The notes under the pieces were generated by a model. The model did not search any database. It was not told where the DNA came from and saw nothing but the letters and a program-made list of their open reading frames with translations. A stretch of DNA of 64,000 nt, taken from Octopus sinensis. Lineage: Eukaryota. A program made the translations under genes and the position numbers. Every line of letters begins with the position of its first letter. Positions within the stretch are counted from its first letter, which is position 1. Positions 54,658-64,000 of the stretch are shown piece by piece. The stretch spans positions 248,001 through 312,000 of the forward strand of contig NC_043000.1 of the NCBI RefSeq assembly GCF_006345805.1, written 5' to 3'.

Positions 54658-54914
54658 GTATGTATGTATTAATCAGCCGAAATTGCTAAGATGATCTGGT
54701 TCTTGACTGATGACTGAGGGCTTCGATGTCACGTCCTGTGGTTCTTGTGTCGTCTCTGTGGTGTTTCATGTCTTGTCCATGTCTGTAATTATTTTTTACT
54801 GTTTACCTTATATATATATACATACATACATAGAATTACATATATATATATATATATACATACATACATATATATGTGTGTGTGTGCGCGTGTGTATATA
54901 AATACATTCATGTG

Positions 54915-55315
54915 CATGTGGTAAGAAGCTTGCTCCCCAATCACATGGTACCGGGTTCAATCCTACTGTGTGGCACATTGAGCAAGTGTCTTCTGCTATA
55001 ACCTCGAGTCGATCAAAGCCTTGTGAATGGATTTGGTAGACAGAAACTGAAAAGAAGCCTGTCATATACATAGATGTATGTATCTATGTGTGTGTGTCTT
55101 TGTGTCTGTGTTTATCCCCCTAACAACGCTTGACAACCAATGCTGGTGTGTTTACGTCTCCGTAACTTAGCGGTTCGACAAAACTAACTAATAGAATAAG
55201 TACTAAACTTATAAAGAATAAGTCTTGGGGTCGATTTGTTCGACTAAAACCATTTAAGGTGGTGTTCCAGCATGGCCGCAGTCAAATGACTGAAAGAAAT
55301 AAAAGAATAAAGGAA
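54915..55315 (+). mobile_element. SINE family A
   Basis: Matches the 2010 copy. Confidence 0.85.
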
Positions 55316-55792
55316 TATATTCACATATATATATATATGATACATATTTATGTATATACATTTATATATGTATGTGTATATATATATATATAGGTATAAA
55401 AATTATATATAAAAAGGGACAAGAACGTGAAATACACAAAGAGACGACACAAAAAAACGGACGGGTCATTCGAAGCCTTTAATCTTCAGTCAGGAACCGG
55501 GTCATTATAGCAAATTTCGGCTGATGAATCCTGATATTGCTCCGAAACGGCCAGCCCCAAGGGAAAACTAAGCTGCGAGCAGTAGATTTCTTGGAAAAAG
55601 GATCGAATGTAAACGAAACAAGGACAGAAACACGGACGATGGTACACGAATATAAATACAAAAAAAAAATGAAATTAAAAACAAGAATGGTAATAACAGG
55701 ACAACAGCAGGTGTCTTACGACTTTAGACAAATTTAACTTATATAGCAGGCGTGTTTTTAAAAAATGCCTTATATATATATATATGTATGTG

Positions 55793-55837
<45 letters not shown>

Positions 55838-55922
55838 ATATATATACATATATATATATGTCATTAAATATATATATATATATGTATATATGTATTTATG
55901 TATATGTACAAATACATACATG

Positions 55923-55952
<30 letters not shown>

Positions 55953-55953
<1 letters not shown>

Positions 55954-56371
55954 CTCTTTTACTCCTTTACTTGTTTCAGTCATTTGACTGCGGCCATGCT
56001 GGAGCACCGCCTTTAGTCGAGCAACTCGACCCCGGAACTTATTCTTTTTTTGTAAGCCCAGTACTTATTCTATCGGTCTCTTTTGCCGAACCGCTAAGTA
56101 ACGGGGACATAAACACACCAGCATCGGTTGTCAAGCAATGCCAGGGGGACAAGCACAGAGACACAAACAAACACACATGCATATATATATACATATATAC
56201 GACAGGCTTCTTTCAGTTTCTGTCTACCAAATCCACTCACAAGGCATTGGTCGGCCCGGGGCTATAACAGAAGACACTTGCCCAAGATGCCACGCAGTGG
56301 GACTGAACCCGGTACCATGGGTTGGTTAGCAAGCTACTTACCACACCAGCCACTCCTGCGCCTATATATAT

Positions 56372-56403
<32 letters not shown>

Positions 56404-56635
56404 AGATATATATATGCGTGTGTCTTTGTTTGAGTTTGTCCCCCATCAGCCCTTGACTAGCAGTGTTGATGTCTTTACGTCCCTGTAACATTAGCGCTTC
56501 GGCAAAAAAGATCTATAGAATAAATGCTAGGCTATAAAAAATAAGTCTCGTGGGTCGATCTGCTCGACTAAAACCTTTCAAGGCGGTGCTCCATCATGGC
56601 CGCAGTCAAATGCCTGAAAGAAGCAAATGAATGCA
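55953..56635. mobile_element. SINE-A (minus, 55953-56364) plus a SINE-A 3' half (plus, 56420-56635)
   Basis: Divergent copies around a (TA)n. Confidence 0.8.
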
Positions 56636-57174
56636 AGATTATGCAAAATACGTATATATTACGCGGGCCATACAAAGACTAAAAGATATATGCATATTTG
56701 CAGAGATACGTTATTACTTTGTTTAACGCCCGTTTAGATTTAAGAAGGCATTATGTGAAGTTGGTAATGTTGATCGTTTCTTCAAAACATGGTGAGCATA
56801 CTTTAAACGCTATATTTCCTGCATGCGGTCAGAAACAACCGCTTTAGAAGCGCCATTAGTCTCTAAGCCCTGCCTTGACCCTTCATTTCCTACGTTTACT
56901 CAGTCAACATGACATGTGTTAAGAAATAAACAGTATGTGTGTGAGTATGTCCGTATGTGTGTGTGTGTATGTCCGCGCGCGCGTGTGTGTGTGTGTGTGT
57001 GTGTAAATGAAAATGCATAGATGAAGTTCATTATATCCTACAAATGTTTCAATAGTAATTTGTTTTATAACTTTAAATGCTTGTAACTTCTGTATTAGTA
57101 ATATCCAGTAAGAAAAAGAATGAACATGGTTTTCGTTACCAGCATGCGATACTTCATCAGAACTACATTTTTTG

Positions 57175-57745
57175 GATCTTTACCTTTAGACCTACATATT
57201 TAAAAAATAATTTTTTGTAACTAAACACTTTCTAACTTCGGACACTGGTAGAATGTGTCATTTAAAACATCTTTAACTGTTAGCATTTTTGAGAAAAACT
57301 TATATTTACGAAGTTATTACACGTTAAAGTAGTCCTATTTCGGTAATTTCAACCAATCAATGATGTGTATTCAGCTGAATAAAATTTCCGCTGTTGTTTG
57401 TCAACAATAACTTCCGGTGGTGTATATTTCGTTTGTCACTGTTATTTATGACAACCCTAACCCTAAAACTCTAACCCTAAAACCTTAAAGCTAAACCCAG
57501 TACAAACGCACGAACGATGTCATAAATAACAGTGACAAACGAAAAATACACTGCCGATAGTTGTTGTTGACAAACAACGGCAGTAATTTTATTCAGCTGA
57601 ATACACGTCATTGATTGGTTGAAATACCGAAATAGGACTACTTTAACGTGAAATAACTTCGTAAATATAAGTTTTTCTCAAAAATGCTAAGAGTAAAAGA
57701 TGTTTTATATGACATATTCTACCAGTGTCCGAAGTTTGAAAGGTT
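57175..57745. mobile_element. Long foldback MITE with telomere-like repeats in the loop
   Basis: ~225-bp arms ~57228-57452/~57518-57742, loop ACCCTAACCCTAAAACTCTAACCCTAA, left terminus GGATCT. Confidence 0.85.
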
Positions 57746-57814
57746 TTTTTTTTTAAGTTATCTAGTGAACACATGAAAATCTTTAAGTGAAAGGAAGAAA
57801 TTTAACAAGATGCA

Positions 57815-58473
57815 TACCACCATCACCACCACAACCACCACAACCACCGCCAATTACAACAGCAACAACAACGACAACACAACACTGACGCCACCTCCAC
57901 GAGAACTCCTAATGACACCACCACAGTCACCTCTGATGACGAAAACAGAGAGCAATACAACCACGATCAGCAACAAGTCCTATGATAGTAACTCTGCCAC
58001 TAAAACCAGCTATCGTTATCACAGAAAGGGTCATCACCAGCAGAATCACACCACCACCACCACCACCACCGCCACCACCACCACCGCCACCACGCCACCA
58101 CCACCACCACCACCGCCGCTACCACCATCACACCACCACCACCACCACCACCACCACCACCACCACCACCAACCCACACCACCACCACCGTCGCCGCCAC
58201 CACCGCCGCCGCCGCTACCACCACCATCACCACCACAACTACCATCACCAAAAACATCAGCAAAAAAACAAAAACATCAACAACTCAACAATCCACATCA
58301 TGGCCAACACCGCCAGCAAACTACCATCACCGCCGCCATCACCACCACTACTGTCACTATCACAACCTCCACCATTTAACACCACCGTCGCAACCATCAT
58401 CACTACTACCACCACCACCACCACCACCACGACTACCACAACCTTCACCTCGACCATTACTACCACCATTACA

Positions 58474-58531
<58 letters not shown>

Positions 58532-59262
58532 TTGCTGCTGCTGCTGCTGCTGCTGCTGCCGCTGCACCTGACTTTGTTATAGACTCCCATCATCACTCAC
58601 CAACGCTAAAACAACCACCACCTCTACTACCACCACCACAAATCCTCCACCATCATCATCATTCTGCATCCCAATTACCTTCAACTACAACATGCACCAT
58701 CATCACATACCCTCACACACCCACCCACCCACTCACTTCTACTACCAATGCCCCCCCCCATCACTTTCGATACCGCCCCCACCGCCACCACCTCCACCAC
58801 CACTACCTTTACCACAGCCACTACCTCCACCACCTCTACCACCTTAATCAACTAACCAACAACCACCACTATCACCACCACCACCACCACCGCCGCCGCC
58901 ATCACCACTGCCGCTACCTCCACCGCCGCCATCACCGCCGCCGCCATCATCATCGCCGCCGCCGTCATCACCACTGCCGCGACCACCACCACCGCTGCCA
59001 TCTCGTCACACACACCGCCGGCACCTTCACTCCCACCCCCCACATTCCCAGTATCATTACCACAGCTACCGCCTCCACCACCTTCACCACCTCAATCAAC
59101 CAACCAACAGCCACCACTACCACTACCACCACCACCACCACCACCACCACCACGACTCTCACCACCGTCGCCGCCGCAGCCACCATCACCACTGCCGCTA
59201 CCGCCATCTCCGCTAACACCAAAGCTACAACCGTCAGCATCACCATCAACATCACCAACAGC
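57815..59262. repeat. Degenerate (ACC)n/(ACT)n/(GCC)n low-complexity tract
   Basis: Direct reading. Confidence 0.92.
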
Positions 59263-59630
59263 AATGCATGGTAACGGCAGTGCCCAAATCATTAGTCCTT
59301 ACCTCAAACCCATCCTACCTCGTTTTTTTTTTTTTTTCCTTTTACCTCACCTCTGACTCTTTAAAAACCTCCCTTTGCTCACCGACACTTGCCCCTTTAA
59401 CTACAACCCTCTAACCCCTAAAGTCACCAACCAAAACTATTTTCTGATGATCGTTGGAGCCTGTTACTGTCAACACATCATTTTACAAACTAGATTTATG
59501 TATACCTTTATGTAACGACATAGTCGTCTTAGACTGTTATTGTTGTTGCTGTTGATGTTGTTGTTGTTGGTGGTGGTGGTGGTGAAGTTGCTGTTGATGG
59601 AGTTGTTGTTAGCGGTGTTAGTATTAATGC

Positions 59631-60013
59631 GTGGAGGCGCAATGGCCCAGTGGTTAGGGCAGCGGACTCGCGGTCATAGGATCGCGGTTTCGATTCCCAG
59701 ACCGGGCGTTGTGAGTGTTTATTGAGCGAAAACACCTAAAGCTCCACGAGTCTCCGGCAGGGGATGGTGGTGATCCCTGCTGTATTCTTTTACCACAACT
59801 TTCTCTCACTCTTACTTCCTGTTTCTGTTGTACCTGTATTTCAAAGGGCCGGCCTTGTCACTGTCTGTGTCACGCTGAATATCCCCGAGAACTACGTTAA
59901 GGGTGCACGTGTCTGTGGAGTGCTCAGCCACTCACACGTTAATTTCACGAGCAGGCTGTTCCGTTGATTCGGATCAACCGGAACCCTCATCGTCGTAACC
60001 GACGGAGTGCTTC
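59631..60013 (+). mobile_element. SINE family B, full length
   Basis: TGGCCCAGTGG box A and GGTTTCGATTCCC box B, plus body and tail. Confidence 0.9.
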
Positions 60014-60049
60014 TATCTATAGTATTAATGCTGAAGTGGTCTCGTTGTA

Positions 60050-60335
60050 GAAGGCGCGTGGCTTGGCGGTTAGGGGTCTTCGGGCTCACGATCGTAAGGT
60101 CATGAGTTCGATTCGAGGACGCTTTATTTCATGTCGCTCCACTCCACTCACCTGACAAAAAATGAGTAGTACCTGTATTTCAAAAGGCCGGCCGTGTCAC
60201 ATTCTGTGTCACGCTGAATCTATCTGAGAATTACGTTAACGGTACACGTTTCTGAGGCGTACTCAGCCACTTGTTCGTGCATTTCCGTTGATCGGATCAA
60301 CTGGAGCCCACGTTGTTGCAACCAACGGAGCACAA
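60050..60335 (+). mobile_element. SINE family C with the SINE-B-type tail
   Basis: C head, and the tail matches 59830-60010. Confidence 0.75.
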
Positions 60336-60499
60336 GTGCAGCTCTTGTTGTTACTACTGTTTACCAAATTTTAAAAGTGAAATTGGAGAGGTAAAAGTCC
60401 GTCGAATAAACTGTACCTGAAATTCAAAAGACTAGCTGTTTCATACACTGCATTGTAGTAGTCTAACTGCGGATTACGTTAAGTGTACACGTGCTAGTA

Positions 60500-61790
60500 G
60501 GCCGGGGGCTGGGCAGAATCGTTGGCACATCGGACAAAATGATTGGCAGTATTTCGTCTGCCGTTGCGTACTGAGTTCAAATTCCGCCGAGGTCGACTTT
60601 GCCTTTCATCCTTTCGGGGTCGATAAATTAAGTACCTGTTACGCACTGGAGTCGATATAATCGACTTAATCCGTTTGTCTGTCCTTGTTTGTCTCCTCTG
60701 TGTTTTAGCCCCTTGTGGGTAGTAAAGAAATAGGTATTTATGGCGGCGAGCTGGCAGACACATTAGCACGCCGGGCGAAATGCATAGCCGTATTTCTGAG
60801 TTCAAATTCCACCGAGGTCGACTTTGCCTTTTATCCTTTCGGGGTCGAAAAATTAAGTACCAGTTACGCACTGGGGTCGATATAATCGACTTAAACCGTG
60901 TGTCTGTCCTTGTTTGTCCTCCCTTTGTGGGTAGTAAAGAAATTGGTATTTAGGGCGGCGAGCTGGCAGACACATTAGCACGCCGGGCAAAATGCGTAGC
61001 CGTATTTCGTCTGCCGTTACGTTCTGAGTTCAAATTCCGCCGAGGTCGACTTTGCTTTTCATCCTTTCGGGGTCGATAAATTAAGTACCTGTTACGCATT
61101 GGGGTCGATATATGCGACTTAATCCGTTTGTCTGTCCTTGTTTGTCTCCTCTGTGTTTAGCCCCTTGTGGGTAGTAAAGAAATAGGTATTATGGCGGCGA
61201 GCTGGCAGACACATTAGCACGCCGGCGAAATGCATAGCCGTTTTTTGAGTTCAAATTCCACCGAGGTCGACTTTGCCTTTTATCCTTTCGGGGTCGAAAA
61301 ATTAAGTACCAGTTACGCACTGGGGTCGATATAATCGACTTAAACCGTTGTGTCTGTCCTTGTTTGTCTCCCTTGTGTGGTAGTAAAGAAATTGGTATTT
61401 AGGGCGGCGAGCTGGCAGACACATTAGCACGCCGGGCAAAATGCGTAGCCGTATTTCGTCTGCCGTTACGTTCTGAGTTCAAATTCCGCCGAGGTCGACT
61501 TTGCTTTTCATCCTTTCGGGGTCGATAAATTAAGTACCTGTTACGCATTGGGGTCGATATAATCGACTGAATCCGTTTGTCTGACATTGTTTGTCCCCTC
61601 TGTGTTTAGCCCCTTGTGAATAGTAAAGAAATAAGTATTTCTTCCGGGTCTTTACGTCCGGAGTTCAAATATCCACCGAAGTTAACTTCGACTTTCATTC
61701 CTTTGGAGTCGATAAAGTAAAGTACCAGTCAAGTGCTGAGGGGGAAGATATAGTGTTTTTGTTCTCTTGCTTCGAAATTGCTGACCTTGT
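60500..61790 (+). repeat. SINE-N tandem array with a dimeric higher-order unit
   Basis: Unit starts at ~60500, 60742, 60954, 61193 and 61403. Confidence 0.9.
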
Positions 61791-61966
61791 ACCCTCTAAC
61801 GTGCCGGCGTCTCAGTAAGAATGTTATGTTTTGGCCTCGGTCACTTACACTCCGTAGAAAGCGGATAACCAGCTTTATGAGTTCAAGAGTTCAGGAAAGC
61901 AAATGTCTGGAGGTAACTAACTCACTTAGCCACTAATTCACAGAGCAGATACATTAGTCGATCGAA

Positions 61967-62351
61967 TCTCTCTCTATATAAACGGCAGTTGTCTGTGCGT
62001 GTTTCTGTGTGTCTGTTGCTTGTACCCTCACTCTGACCACGGCTTTCAACCGATTCTGATGAAACTTGACACACACATAGCCAATGTCATAATCAAAAAC
62101 TAACGCAGCGAAAATTTTGAAAAGTTCCCCCAGTTCTGAAAAAAATCGATAAATTCGATATGGGGTCGAGAATAAAAAAAAAACAACCACAGGACTGTCT
62201 AGGGGACGCCAACTCAACCTTCTTTTACTCTCAAAAAAAAATTTACCATCATTTTTTTTCCATTTTTTGCTATTTTTTGGCTATAACTCTCTAAAAATGC
62301 TTCTATAGTTATTTCCCTTACAACCTGAGCAACGCCGGGCGATACTGCTAG
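61967..62351 (+). mobile_element. Non-autonomous Helitron
   Basis: A|TC start; same 3' hairpin and CTAG|T as 45075-45104. Confidence 0.85.
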
Positions 62352-62604
62352 TAAATGAATAAATCCGCCGAAGCAAATGGAGATCCATTTCTTGAACTTA
62401 TAATCCAATAGTTGTGAAGGCATGAATGTGTACTTAAGAAGTTCATTTGCAACAATTTGGTTTCGAGTTCAAAGCCACTGCGCAGCACCTTGAGCAAGCT
62501 TTTTATGTTGTTGTACCAAACGACCAATTTTTTGTGATTGAATTTGGTATAGGGATTCTTTGTGGAAGGTCCTCATATATATATATTATATATATATATA
62601 TATA

Positions 62605-62921
62605 TATCACGTGTTCACGTGACCGACTATCAGGCTATCTGACGTTGCTACACATCGCTGGTCAGAATTCACTTCGCATTGTTTTAGCCTTCAAATGACA
62701 TCACCTCGCTGGCTAAGCGAGCAGGCCAACAGAAGAAAGAGTGAGAGAAAGTTGTGGCGAAAGAGTACAGCAGAGATCGCCACCATCCCCTGCCGGAGCC
62801 TCGTGGAGCTTTTAGGTGTTTTCGCTCAATAAACTCTCACAACGCTCGGTCTGGGAATCGAAAGCGCGATCCTACGACCGCGAATCCACTGCCCTATTCA
62901 CTGGGCCATTGCGCCTCCACC
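62605..62921 (-). mobile_element. SINE family B with an alternative tail
   Basis: Head matches 59631, and the tail diverges beyond ~62730. Confidence 0.8.
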
Positions 62922-62943
62922 ATATATATATATATATATTCTA

Positions 62944-64000
62944 CTAGCAGCATAGCCCGGCGTTGCCCGGATATGTAAGAGCCCCAAGTAGGCAACGACT
63001 AATCCCAATCTAGTCCTTTCCCTCTAGGGAACGAAGGCGCATGTGTAGGTTGCAATGTCTTCTCTTCACTCGAATACTTCTGTGTATACGATGTTCCTAG
63101 CTATCCCTTTGGGCGAAAACATGAAAATATCATTGCGTGAACAGCCCACGTAGAGCTGACCGTGGGCGAAGCACTGTTCGACCAAATGTAACCCAGCGAC
63201 TTGTAGCATTTGGCCTTGGGATTTATTGGGTGGCATTTTGGTGGATAGCAATGTATTTGGCAAAGGTGTAATAAAAAGGAACACGTGGGGTAAGTATTTT
63301 GGTGGATAGCAATGTGTTTGGCAAAGGTGTAATAAAAAGAACACGTGGGGTAAGTATCCCAAAATGTATAAAAATTTACAAAAACCGGCAAAAAAGCGGG
63401 CAGCAATGTGAGTGACAACAACGAAAAAGTCAAAAGTGACCAAACTGAACAAACGAATGGAAAAGGTTTTTTTGGAGCACACGACAAAAGCGGCTTAAAA
63501 ACCAAGAGTTTTGCAAGTAGCGTCCGGGACCCTTAGGGTACGTCAAAAATTTAAGGTAAAACGTTTTGGGTGGTAGTTATAAAGAAAGTTTAAACAAAAA
63601 AGTATTCGAATAACTTGCGGCTGCAGCAGCTATTAGCAGAAGTGGCGTGTTTGGGTAAGTCTCGAATGTAATTCTCCTTCTGGGAGGAATTGTTTGGGTT
63701 GAATTATCGATAGCTGTTTGATCGTGTAAGATTTGGGAGTGTAAGAGAGTTAAAAAGGTCGATTGCGCCCCTAGACAGTATGTGGTTTGTGTTTAATACA
63801 CAAATCAGTTTGCTATGTGTGCCACATATGATTAATTAACCGATTTTTTCCAGTAATAAAGTATCCTATTGGAATAAAAAGGGCCATATAGCTCCTTGGA
63901 GCAGACGTGATGCTCGCTGTGAATTTAAAAATGAAATTCCTGCCAATTTGTGAAGATATTGTCGAAAATATGTCATCTTGAATTTGAACGCGATTTCCCA
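62944..64000 (-). mobile_element. Helitron 3' portion (5' limit unresolved)
   Basis: Minus strand ends CCGGGCAACGCCGGGCTATGCTGCTAG|T and contains a helicase C-terminus in the same orientation. Confidence 0.75.
63066..63227 (-). pseudogene. Helitron RepHel (Pif1-family helicase) C-terminal fragment
   Basis: NKSQGQ...CFAHGQLYVGCSR...RNIVYTEVF* matches helicase motifs V/VI and the terminal NIVY motif. Confidence 0.9.

Noticed and set aside
57122-57165. Minus-strand CTGATGA A GT..AC GAAA ACCATGTTC
   Set aside because: Core words are present but helix I cannot form.
57982-59274. 430-aa Pro/Thr/His mucin-like ORF
   Set aside because: Trinucleotide low-complexity tract that is open in several frames, with no splice or domain evidence.
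59631-59706. tRNA gene
   Set aside because: It continues into a SINE body, so it is a tRNA-derived head.

Overview
AT-rich, repeat-saturated eukaryotic (metazoan) non-coding DNA. The tRNA-derived SINEs, dense (TA)n/(CA)n/(TATC)n/(CAT)n microsatellites and TTAGGG-type repeats suggest a mollusc, probably an octopus (inference). I found no intact host gene, only one weak exon candidate, and nearly all listed ORFs are microsatellite or SINE artefacts. The window holds a decayed Penelope-like element (PLE, GIY-YIG) with inverted pseudo-LTRs, fragments of CR1/L2-, RTE- and Tx1-type LINEs, mariner derivatives, GGATC-terminal MITEs with 8-bp TSDs, Helitrons (one with a helicase C-terminus), four SINE families and a 100-N gap. 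The main result is a set of minimal type I hammerhead ribozyme (HHR) motifs in small (TA)n-embedded elements. Three well-formed ones carry three different Watson-Crick versions of the catalytic 3:8 pair: C3-G8 (52027-52107, inside a ~440-nt non-coding foldback), U3-A8 (1896-1932, PLE terminus) and G3-C8 (18424-18470). Each has a palindromic helix III. All folds were read by eye; activity is untested.
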